Of a stretch of 45,579 nucleotides of DNA, positions 24,994 to 37,086 are shown piece by piece. A program made the translations under genes and the position numbers. The stretch comes from Azolla caroliniana (Eukaryota; Plantae; Polypodiophyta): assembly GCA_043228905.1 (NCBI GenBank), contig JBHGNT010000247.1, positions 1 through 45,579 on the forward strand, read 5' to 3'. The stretch's first letter is position 1, and each line of letters begins with the position of its first letter. The notes below the pieces were generated by a model, which did no database searches, was not told the origin of the DNA, and worked only from the letters and a program-made list of their open reading frames with translations.

Positions 24994-25506
24994 ATATAGT
25001 TTCACAGAAATCTTTTATGAAACCAAACAGATATCCAAATACCAAATGGACAAAGAGACTAGCTATAAACTGCTCCAACAATCCACTCGCTTGAAATTTT
25101 TATCCAAACACTTGCCCAACCAACATCAGTACTCCATCTGTATGCCATGATTATATATATATAATAAATAAATAAATAAATATATATATATATATATATA
25201 GTTTTGAAAAAAGAGTAATTGCATGCCAAGAGAAAAAAATGAACGGAAATAACCCAAATTTTCTTTATTTCCATAGAGGTATTTAAGAGTTTTTCCTAGA
25301 AAAGAAACACCATCTGTTCACTTACTTGTGCATTGTCTCATGCAGGTTCCATCCAACAAATAGCATGGCAAAGTACATGGCCGCCATTGCGAATACAAGG
25401 TGAAAGATGTTATGTAAGATTGTCCCTCCTTATAGGGGAGTCGGCCGAAAAGCCAAAGCGAAATTTGGATGGCCGAAATCGATAGAAGAGCCAAAAAGAA
25501 GTTTAG

Positions 25507-25559
<53 letters not shown>

Positions 25560-26167
25560 TTGGGTTAGTATATATAGGCGTAGTGGTATTAGTTGCCTAT
25601 GTATGTGGGATAAATCACTAAGAGTATAAACAACGAGTGAAGCGCAAGAAGTGCATTATTGTGAGTTAGAGAACGCGTAAGAGCAAGAAAAACGTGTTGC
25701 AAGAGAAGTGCGACACAGAGAATAATAGTGAGCTAACACAGTGGTGGTGCACTTGGCTGAAACTGTGGTTTTAGATAACAACCTGAGAGTACATCCATAC
25801 CAAATCAGGTTCTATCATTCTATGCATGTATTTCTTCTTGTCTCATGGTGTAAAATTTCTGTTCACCATGGTTTTTCCCTAAAATAAGGGTTTTCCACGT
25901 AAATCGTGTGTTGCTTGGTTTTCATTTGTTTGTGCCTCATTATATCTGTGGTTTACGTCTGAGTGTAAAATCTATCAAACTGGTATCAAAGCAAGATTCT
26001 AGATAGAAGGGGGTGTGTGAGTGGATTTTTGGGGATGATTGTCCTAAACTCACAAAACTACTCAGATTGGAAGATCAAAATGGAAGATCTTCTGATAGTC
26101 AAAGATCTATATGAGCCTATAGAAAAGGAAGACATACTTAGAGGGGTAATAGAATCTGGGTGGAAAA

Positions 26168-26614
26168 TAACAATCGACAACGGTTCGGTTCGGTTTGAGA
26201 GGGTCTAAATTGAACCGTTTAGAGATGTTGAAACCTGAACCAAACCAAATCGAACCATTAAAAAAAATTGTTAAGCCATTAAACCGATAAAACCGCGGTT
26301 TCGCGGTTGAGTTTTGGTTTCCAGCTTAGGACAAAATTTTAAAAATTTTAAAAATTTTCCCAAAATGTGAGAATAAGGCATGAAAATGAAAGATGATTTA
26401 AAAACAAATTTTTTAAATTTGTTTTTTGAATTAAAAAAAATACAAAAATAAAAAACCGTTAAACCGTTTAAACCGCGGTTTTTAACTGTTGAAACCGAAT
26501 CGAAACTGAACCGAACCATTAAAAAAAACCCAAACTTGAACCGAGCTGAACCATTTAAACCGTTAAGCCACGGTGTTGTGGTTCGGTTCGGTTCAAAACC
26601 GTTGCCGATTATTA
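26168..26614. mobile_element. hAT-type MITE
   Basis: 8-bp TSD GTGGAAAA (26160-26167, 26615-26622). Imperfect 18-bp TIR TAA(C/T)AATCG(A/G)CAACGGTT. Many subterminal AACCG/CGGTT motifs. Gag frame resumes after it. Confidence 0.9.
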
Positions 26615-26714
26615 GTGGAAAACTCTAAATAGAAAGGCAGTTGCAACCATAAGACAATGTGTAAACATTAGCGTTCTACAACATGTAGCAAGTGATACAA
26701 ATGCTTATGAGTTA

Positions 26715-27156
26715 TGTTAAGAATCAAGCTCAACATAGCACAACGTGTGAACACACCTTTTGAGAATCTATGATTACTCAAAGGTCAAGAGTCACACCAC
26801 TACTCTCTACACATTAACTATGATTCTATGACACATAACTAATGAGTTACATATTCCCCATGACTATGAGTCTTCACATTCCCCAAGAGAGAGAGTGGTT
26901 GTTGTAAGTTAATGACGAGAGAGGGTGACTCTATATAAAGCACCCTCCTCATACTTCATACTAAGTTGGTTGTGACTCCTTGTAATGCTACATTTTCATT
27001 TATCATATTCTTCTTGTTAATATACATCTCCTTCTTCTTGAGCACTTCATTTTGTCTCTTATCCATCTTGTGTTTCTCTCCTCTCCTCTTTCCTCTCACA
27101 CATACACATAACACACATCTCTTCCGCTACACAAGAATCACCATTGATTCTTTACA
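26715..27156 (+). mobile_element. Solo LTR
   Basis: TGT...ACA termini, 5-bp TSD AGTTA (26710-26714, 27157-27161), internal TATATAAAG near 26933. Confidence 0.88.
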
Positions 27157-30100
27157 AGTTATGGCAAAAACTCTCAACCCTCTACGAAAGGAAAAATGCC
27201 TTAAATAAAACTTCCCTAATGAAAAAAATAGTGAGACTAAAGTACGTATATGGGGAGAGTATTGTAGAGCACACTTGGTCTTTAGACACCAACACAAAAG
27301 CCCACAACTTTCTGCTAAAGTCATCAATAAATGTGACAAAGTATTGTCCACCACGGTGTGATGGGGCATCCACATAACACACATTTGTGTGAACTAGTTC
27401 TAGGGCATGCTCTCTTCTCATCGGAGGCCTTGAGTTAAAGGTTGTTCTATTCTGCTTTCCAGCCAAGCAGTCCACACACTTTTCAAGGTTTATTCCTTTC
27501 ACTTCTAGTACGAAATCCTTTTCAACAAGGATATGCATTCCCCTTTCGCTCATGTGGTCGAGCCTTTTATGCCACAACTCACCATTTGAGTCACCCACCA
27601 CATTTGTTTCATCTTGGCACAATTTTGCATGCATTACATACTATGTGTTCTGTTTTTGGGCTCGAGCCACAATCAGGCTCCTTTACAGAACTTCCATGTA
27701 CCATTACGAAAACCACCATTGTAGCCTTCATCGTCTAGCCGTCCAGCCGATATTAGATTAAATATGACATCTGAAACATGGCGTACATCCTTCAACATTA
27801 ACCTACAACCAATAGATGTTAGCAAACACACATTTCCTACGCCCACAATCTTGCATTCACTGTCATTTCCCATCCTTACATAGCCATAGTTACTGGTTGT
27901 GTAAGATGAGAAACATTCTCTTTTGGGAGTTAGGGGGAATGATGCACCAGAGTCCACTACCCAAGAGCACTCAACATTTGCAAGGTTCACACTACCTTGT
28001 TCACAAATAAATAACATATCTTCTTCACTAGTTGCAATGGCTAAGGTGTTTTTATCATCAAAAAAATTTTCTAGGTTCGACCTCATCAGCCATACCTCTG
28101 TCCTTCCTAGGGTGTCGACAATTCTTTTGGAAGTGATCGGGCTTCCCACAACAGAAGTATATAGGTCTTCCTCTAGATTTCGACCTTGCATAATGTAAAA
28201 GATTACTTGCGGAAGCGTTAGAAAACAGAGAAAGAAGAGAATACACAGAGTACACAGGAGAGACAGAGAGAGCAGAACATAAAAGCTATATATTCAAAAA
28301 AACAATAAAACACTCACTGTATCTTACAATTGTGCTCAGTAGCACTATTTATACAAGTCCTCGTGGGACTGACAGAAGTACCGCGTAATTCAATGCTCAC
28401 ACGAGCATCTAACACTTACTATGAGACTATAACTGCCTAGTAGTCTAAACTAATACTAGGCTTCCGGTTACCGATTGGATTTGGCTAACCGGCTCCCCAG
28501 CTCACCGGCTCTATTGCTTGTCGGCTTACCGATCCGTCTCGCTTGCCGGCTCAGGCTTATCCAGCCAATCCGGCTCCAGTTGAGCTTGCTGCTCAACACT
28601 CCCCCTCAAGCTCAACTTGAGGTTGGATCCTAGTGTCGGCCTCTGTGGCAGTCGGTTCTTCCAACCGACTTCTCTTGGCGTCGCTCCGCCTTGCTTGCGC
28701 TCCTCATCTGGTCCAGTCCCGTTTGCCGCGACCCTTCTGGTTTTGCGTGCCTCGACCTTCTCGGTCGGCATGTCTGCTCAATAGGCCCCTCTCACCTCCT
28801 TCGTTGCTATGACTCTGGCGCTTGCCGATCCGTCGGTTCCTCCGCGATGGCATCGACTCCCGCTGCATCCGTGTCTGCTTGGCCTTGAATTGATCCAGTT
28901 CTTCCGAATCTGTCTGTTGAACCGAATCAACTGTCTCCGATTCGTTCTAGCTCTTGTCCGAATCGGTTGATCCCGATTCATCTTCTGGTTCCAAGCCCTT
29001 CACTACATCAGACCATGTCTGGGTCTTGACCTTCTTCCTTCGGTCGACTCTATCCTTCTTGACTCTGTCGTTGTTGCCGCTTGTTCCGACTTGTTCGGAC
29101 GTGTCGACTTCCCTTGTCGACTCAGCTCCTTTCTTCTTCTTGACTCTCCCTTCATCGGTTCTTCCCTCACCGGCGCAATCGGCAGTCTCTTTGCCTTTGC
29201 CCGTTCCGGCGGTGTCTTTGCTTGTTCTCCCCCTCAAGTGTGGCACGTCGAGATGCTGAACACCAAGCATTTCAGTGAAGTGTTGCAACTTGTCTGATCC
29301 AAGCGGTTTGGTGCAGATGTCGGCAACTTGCCGATCCGTGTGAACATACCGAAGTTCGACCTCACCACTCAGGATATGCTCACGCACAAAGTGATAGTGC
29401 ACTTCTATGTGCTTTGTGCGAGCATGGAATACGGGGTTCTTAGCGAGTTGCATGCTGCTGATGTTGTCGCAGTAGACCAGAATCAGGGTCGGGACCTTGA
29501 TCCGTAGGTGTTGCAGCAGTCGCCGAAGCCAAATGGCTTCATAGGTGGCAAGGGTAGCGCCACGATACTCAGTCTCAATGCTCGACAGAGCAAGTGTTGG
29601 TTGCCTCTAGTTGCTCCACGCAACGGCCGCACTTCCTAGGGAAAACATGTAACTGGACGTTGATCGGCGATCTGATGCATCGTCGGCCCAGTTGGCATCT
29701 GTGTAACCGACCAACTCTTCGGGTATACCGCGTCGGTATAACAGTCCCCGGTCCTTCGTGCCGCTGACATACCGCAATATCCGTTGCGCACACTCAAGGT
29801 GCTCCATGGTCGGCTTCTACATGAACTGACTTATCATTCCGGCCGGATAATTGATGTCGGGTCGCGTGATAGTCAAGTAAATAAGGCTTCCGACAATTTG
29901 TCGGAACCGTTTCTCATTGCAGGCCGATCCGGAATTGGGACGAAGCTTCTGGTTCCGGTCCAAGGGTGTGGATACAGGTCGACATTCTGTCATGCCGAAC
30001 TTGTACAGCATATTCAAGACGTAATGTCGTTGTGAGAGCAATATGTCGTCGGGGGTTCGGATCACCTCGATCCCAAGAAAATAATGAAGGTCCCCCAGGT

Positions 30101-31589
30101 CCTTCATCTCAAATGCGTTCGACAAATGGGACTTGACGTGGTTGACTTCTGGAAGACCCGGTCCGGTGATGACTAAATCATCAACATACAACAGTATACA
30201 TACCGGACTGGCTGAGCCTTGCCGGATGAACAATGAAGAGTCCGATTTGGAGGCCACAAACTCCATCTTACGCAACTGGTGCGTGATCTTCGCATTCCAA
30301 GCTCGAGGGGCTTACTTCAGGCCGTACAACGACTTCTTCAGCCGGCATACCGCCGACTTGTTCATCTTCGATTAAAAACCGGGAGGCTGAGTCATAAAGA
30401 CTTCTTCTTCAGGATCACCTTGAAGAAATGCATTCTTCACATCCATCTGATGAAGATGTCACCCCCTTGCCGCAGCAACCACTAGCACCACTCGAATCGT
30501 CGTCATCTTCGCTACAGGAGCGAAGGTCTCGTCGTAATCGATTCCATGGGTCTGCGCGTATCCCTTCGCCACTAACCGAGCTTTATACCGGTTAACAGAA
30601 CCGTCGGCGTTGTACTTTACCTTGTATATCCACTTGCATCCGATTGGTTTACAATGACGAGGAGGGTCAACCAGGTCCCATGTCTTGTTGACATCAAGTG
30701 CTCGCATTTCTTCCTCCATAGCGGCACACCAATTTGCGTCCTTGGCCGCTTCTGCGTAGCTCTCCGACTCATGCACTTCCGCCACCTTAGTCATGTACGC
30801 ATAGTGATGCGCCATGTACTCATTGTACCCGTACCGCTTGACAGGATCCTTCTGGCGGGTGGACTGGCATAACTCACCGTTACCCGGTTTGAGGCCCTTC
30901 TTGGCCGGTTCGGTCTTCGTTGCCGAAGATCCACCTTTCTCCTTGCCAGAGTCGGATGCACATCGATCCGACTCATCGTTGCTGGTTTCGAATTCCGGCA
31001 TCTTCTTCTTCCCCTTCTCTTTGCGCATGAACCGTCTCCTCGGTTCCTTGCGCGGGGAGTGCACGACAGAGTCTCCACTACTCGCCAGTTCCTCATCGGA
31101 CTGGTCAGATTGACTCAGTCTCTCGTTCGGCCCGCTCAACCGAAACAATTCTGGACTCTCATCCTGAGTCCACGCTTCATCATCCTCTACCTGGGCCGGT
31201 TCAGGCTCATTAGCCTCATCCTCCGGCATCGGGTCAGATTCGAAAGTCGGAGTCGGTAAGGAGTACCACGATGCAAATTCATCAAACTCGACATCTCGAT
31301 CGGACCTGCCTTGTCCGGGGGTTATAACACTTATAACCCTTTTGCTCTTGAGCATAGCTGACTAGGATGCATTTCTCCGATTTTGCATCCAGCTTCCTCA
31401 GCTTCTCATCCGGTACATGCACATATGCAATGCTACCGAAGATCTTAAGGTGTCTCAAATTCGGCTTCCGACTGAAATACAGCTCGTGAACTGACACCTT
31501 GTCACCGATCCGGTTTTGGATGTAGACAGTCGTTCGAACTACCTCCGCCCAGTAGAATTTGGGCATGCTCTTCTCCTCCAGCATTGCCC

Positions 31590-34500
31590 TGTTGTAGACA
31601 AAGTCGTCTATGCGGAAGATCAAGAAGCATTCGATTCTTTTCTGTACCTGCGTATGACTGTTTCTAGGTCGTTGCACAGAGAGAGAGAGAGAGATAAAAG
31701 ACTCTTTATTTCATAAAGCAAATAATACAACAACCAACCTTACAAAGAGGTTACAAGGTCACTATATATAGTGACCGACTTAGGGCAACTACCATTTATG
31801 CTAATTACACAAATGACCCAAACTTGAGCTATACAAAGGGATAGTGTGGATACGTCCATTATACACTTGTATTCGACACTCCCCCGTAATGGGCGTATAC
31901 ATGGGTTATCTAAGATTACAGGTATAAACCTAGGTTCTCGGACATATCAGTTTTGTTCGAGTCGGCAGGGTCCGAAGGCAGAAGACCGGACTGGTCGGGT
32001 CGGAAGAGTTGAAGCCGATCATTAAGGAACTGATGTCGGTTGTCCGAAATCATCCTGCGCTGTGTCCGGCTCTAACCGGACTGGTTTGTCGTTACGCCCA
32101 TCTGATGCCGAAGAGACCGAAAGCGGTCTGCCGAAAGACACTTGGTCATTCCATCTGCGACATTGTCGGTTGTGGATATTTTCTCTAGACCGATTTTCCC
32201 TGAAATGACGCAGTCCCGAACGAAGTGATATCGAACGTCGATATGTTTGGAGGCGTTGTGATGAACCGGATTTCTCGACAAGGCAACAGCACCTTGACTG
32301 TCGCTATAGACAACTGGAGTCGAGTCGTGGTCGACTTGCCGAAACGTGTGCGCCAGCCGGCCGAGCCACAGAGCTTCTTTTGCAGCATCGGACGCAGCTA
32401 CATATTCTGCTTCGGTCGTTGAGGTCGTTGTGCACTCCTGAAGTTTCGACTTCCACGAAATTGCTCCATTGCCGAATTTGAAGCAGTATCCGGTTGTTGA
32501 TTTCCGACTGTTTATACAGCCGGCGAAGTCCGAGTCGGTGTAACCGACTACGCCTGAGGTTGAGTTCGGACCGAAAAGAATGTCGTGATCTTTTGTGCCA
32601 GCCAGGTATTTGAACACATGCTTGACTGCGTTCCAATGCGATCGGCCAGGATTGTGCATAAATCTGCTAACGACTCCTACGGCATGAGAAATATCAGGCC
32701 GTGTCGCGACCATCAGGTACATAAGGGAGCCGACTGCCGGTGCATACGGTACCGACTTCATATCTTCCCCCTCCGGACCGGATGTCGGGCAGTCTCGCTG
32801 AGAGAGCCGAAGATTCATAGGGAGCGGGGTTGAAGCAGATTTGGCTGATTGCATGTTGAAGCGTTCTAAGACACGTCGGATATAGTCGGTCTGAGACAGA
32901 AAAAGATGTCGTTTATCGCGATGCCGACTAATCTTCATGCCGAGTATGTGTCGTGCCGGACCGAGGTCCTTCATGGCAAACTTCAACCGCAGTTGCCGAA
33001 TGAGATCGGCAAGTTCGCCCGCGTGGCGTCCAGAAATTAGCATGTCGTCCACGTAAATGATGAGGAAGATGGGTGATCCATCTTGAGCTGTGTTGGTGAA
33101 AAGACAATGGTCCTCATCGCTTTTTGAGAAGCCGATCGATTGGATGAAGTCGTCGAACTTCTTGTACCATTGTCGCGGTGCCTGTTTGAGGCCGTATAGA
33201 CTCTTCCTGAGTCGGCAGACTAGATGTTCTTGGCCAGTCGCCACGAAGCCTTTTGGCTGCTCCATATAAATTTCCTCGTCAAGATCACCATGGAGGAAGG
33301 CTGTTTTGACATCTAGCTGAATCAGCTCCAAGTTGTCGGCTGCCACTACGCCGAGTAGGAAACGAAGGGTTGTCATTTTCACCACTGGTGAAAAAATCTC
33401 GTCGAAGTCGACGCCATATTCTTGTCGGAAGCCCTTCGCAACTAATCTGGCCTTGTACTTTGGGGTGGTCGAATCAGACGTCTCTTTTAGTCGATAAACC
33501 CACTTGCAAGGAAGAGCACGTCGGTTCCTAGGTAGTTCGACCAGATCCCAAGTCTTGTTTACCCGAATGGAGTGCATTTCCGACTCCATCGCCAGATGCC
33601 AGGTGGCTGAATCGACAGATGTCGATGCTTCTTCGTAAGACGTCGGTTCGCCGGCGTCGGTGAAGAAAATTCCAGGAGAATACCTCTCCGGAGGTTGCGA
33701 CAGTCTCTCGGATTGTCGAGGTATGATTGGACTGGTCGCATCGGGTATCAAGGTCGGATGGTCCGAAAGCGGATTGTTCTGCGGTGCCGAGTCGGAGTTG
33801 TCCGATTCGGTAGTGTAAGGTTCAGCTACCCGTGAAGCTGACCGTGTGTTAAGAGCGGGGCCTTCTTGAAGGGTCGGCACATCGGAAAATGTTACCCTTC
33901 GGACTTCGATCGGTTTTTCGACTGATGGATTCATAGCCGACTCGTTGAACACAACGTCCGAACTTCGAACGATTTGTCTGCGTTCGGGGTCCCAGAGTCG
34001 GTATCCCATTTCGCCGTCTGATCCATATCCAAGAAAAATGCATTTCCTGGACCGAGGTGCAAGTTTTCGGCGATCATCTTTCGGAATAAGGGCGTACGCC
34101 TCGCATCCGAAGATCCTCAGCTTGTCGTAATTCGGCTTACTACCGATCCATAGTTCCTGAGGAATTTGAAGTCCTAGAGGTCTACTTGGCGACATATTGA
34201 TTATGTGTGCTGCCGTGAGTAGAGCCTCTGCCCAGAAGCCATCCGACAGTCCGGAGTGTTGGAGCATGGGAACTATCCGTTCTTGGATTGTCCGATTCAT
34301 TCGTTCTGCAATCCCGTTTTGCTCCGGACTGTGTGGTGCCGTAAATTCACGTCGGATGCCGCGTTGTCGGCAGAATTTGACGAATTCGTCGGATTTGAAC
34401 TCTCCCCCATTGTCAGTCCGAAAGCATTTCAGTTTTCAGTCAGTTTGATTTTCTACCATAGCGACCCAATCGGAGAAGATCGAGAAGACACGATCTTTGG

Positions 34501-37086
34501 TGCGAATTGGATAAGCCCACACCTTTCGAGTCGAATCGTCAATAAAACTGACGAAGTAAGAGGCACCGCCAAGAGACTGATGCGGCATTGGGCCACAGAC
34601 GTCCGAGTGGACTAAATCGAGAGGTCTCGTTTCTCTTGGTGCTGATGTCGGGTGTGATGCGGCTGTTTGTTTGCCATACTGGCAATGCTCGCAGAATTGA
34701 TGATCCGAGAAGGAGAGTTTGGGGATGTACCCGGCTCTAGATAGGTGCGTGATGCCGGCCTTGCTGAGGTGTCCCAATCTTCGGTGCCATAGTGATGACA
34801 CAGGAATATCAACCAAAAACAGGTTACCCTCTCTGAGCGTAACATGTAACGGATACAGTGAGTGTATCTTGGGTCCTCTAGCAAGCAGGAGGTTCCCCCT
34901 GTGGAGTGTCCACCCTCCCGAAGAGAAACCGGCACGAATGCCGTCTTCATCTAGTTGTCCGACTGAGATCAGTGGCCTTGAGAGCTCGGGTACATGTCGG
35001 ACATTGTGAAGTACAAGTGTAGAGCCACCTGCAAGGTTGAGCTCTACTGTGCCGATTCCGATGATGTCACAGTGTTGTGAGTTGCCGACTCGAACTGAGT
35101 CGGAGTGACGGATCGTATATTGCCGAAATTGGGATCGATGAGGAGTCACGTGAAATGACGCGCCCGAATCTAAGAGCCATGTGCTCGATTCTTCAGTCGT
35201 GAGCAGAACTTCTGATCCGACTGGATTTTCGATTGATAGTATATTCGGGTCGTTTGGTAGTACATCGGCTGAGAAGCTGACGTAATTGATCTCCTCATGC
35301 CGGCCACTCTTCTTGTCTGATTTCTGAGACTTGTCGTTCTTGTTCTTGAGTGCGCGGCAGTCGGCTTTGATGTGTCCGGGTTTCTTGCAATAGTTGCAGA
35401 TTCGATTATCCCGTGACTGGCTCCGTCTTCGCTAATTGTTCGGCTGCCGTGAGGAATCTCTTCCTCGTATGTTCGATCGGTCTGTCGAACCTTGTACTAC
35501 ATAAGCGTCGTTTGTTGAGTCTTTGGCGAAAGACTTTCTCCGAGCTGCTTCGGTCAGGATTGCGCTCGTGACTTCGGAGTATTTAACAGCCGTGGTTGAC
35601 GCGTTGCACACGGTTGTGACGAAAGTTTCCCATGATGAGGGAAGGCTACTCATGAGTATCATTGCTCTGAGTTCATCCTCGATTGCCGTCCCCTGAGATG
35701 AGATTTGGGATCTTATGCTTTCGTACTCATTGAGGTGTGCTTGAACCGAATCGGATTCTTTCATCCGCAAGTTGTAGAGGCGCCGGATCAGAAACATCTT
35801 CGTTGCGGCGACCTTCTTTTCGTAAGTGTCCGACAGTGTTTTCCACAGTTCGAATGCTGTCGTACACGATTGCACCGTAAAATATACCGATTCCGATAGG
35901 TGCATCCGAATCGTGGCGCGGACGATTCTGTCCAGCTTCTGCCACTCAATTGGTTTGTATCCTTCTGGAGGTTCTTCATTTTCGATGGGATCGATTTGCC
36001 CCTTGACTATGAGATAGTCCTGCATTTGCTCCTTCCAGAAGTTGAAGTTCGAACCATCGAACTTTCGTAGACTCATTTCTGACGAGCCGGATGTGGATGC
36101 CATCAAATTTGGTTTCGGTTGACGAAGCTCGGTTCGGAGTTGACTATGAACCTTGTTGGAGTGCAGCCGATTGGCTCACCCGATATCGTTCTAGTCGGAT
36201 TTGAACCCGAGTCGGTTCGGCTTCGGATATATGTATTGTTGAACTTGCTCGAATTGACTCCGATAACTTGAGGGACAGAACCGACTGGTCTTCCCGAATG
36301 TTGCCGAGTCGGAGTGAGCCCGGTTCGCTTCCGAATATATATGCCAAATACCGATTATTGAAACCGATTGTCTAGACCGATTCTGCTTCGGGTGACTGCA
36401 GCGACGAGAGAGACGGATCAAATTGATCCTCCCGAATGTCGATCAGCCGGATGAAGCACGAATTGGGGTTGTTGTCTTGAGACCGATCTGCACCGAGTGG
36501 TTACAATGAGCGGCGAGCAGCGTTTGATGACCTCTTCGGATGCCGTTTAACCGAGTGGAGCACGATCGTGTCAATGTTGCACAAGGGGATTTCACCTCGA
36601 GTGGTTACGATCACAAGGAACGGAGTACAACCGGCTGGCTTACTCCAGGCGAAGATGATCTAACGCGATGAGGTGCAATCCTCGTTTTTCTTCTTCTTCT
36701 CTCTTCGAATGACGCAGGAAACCGAATACTGTGCAGGCTGAGACGACGGCCGACAGCGGATTGAAGGACCGAATACTGTGCAGGCTCTGATACCAGATGT
36801 TGTAGACAAAGTCGTCTATGCGGAAGATCAAGAAGCATTCGATTCTTTTCTGTACCTGCGTATGAATGTTTCTAGGTCGTTGCACAGAGAGAGAGAGAGA
36901 GATAAAAGACTCTTTATTTCATAAAGCAAATAATACAACAACCAACCTTACAAAGAGGTTACAAGGTCACTATATATAGTGACCGACTTAGGGCAACTAC
37001 CATTTATGCTAATTACACAAATGACCCAAACTTGAGCTATTCAAAGGGATAGTGTGGATACGTCCATTATACACTTGTATTCGACA
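31590..37086 (-). mobile_element. Copia element C, young and full length, inserted in the integrase of element B; LTRs 36798-37086 and 31590-31878
   Basis: 289-bp LTRs differing at two positions by eye. TSD TGCCC (31585-31589, 37087-37091). PBS TGGTATCAGAGC at 36795-36784. PPT GGGGGAG. Confidence 0.97.
32072..36106 (-). pseudogene. Gag-pol polyprotein of Copia C, single frame with two premature stops
   Basis: ORFs 36106-35432, 35149-34436 and 34300-32072 share one frame. Stops are TAG (35434-35432) and TGA (34438-34436). Motifs CNYCKKPGHIKADC, WLLDSGAS, FIDDSTR, YVDD, NPVHHNASKHIDVRYHF. Confidence 0.93.

Larger units (their letters stand above)
25413..27272 (+). mobile_element. Copia family A, truncated copy 1: 5' LTR (~25413-25977), PBS (25981-25992), gag N-terminus split by two insertions
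   Basis: TG..CA LTR containing (GT)n. PBS TGGTATCAAAGC (tRNA-iMet type). gag pieces LNSQNYSDWKIKMEDLLIVKDLYEPI / RKAVATIRQCV..DTNAYEL / WQKLSTLYERKNALNK. Confidence 0.85.
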
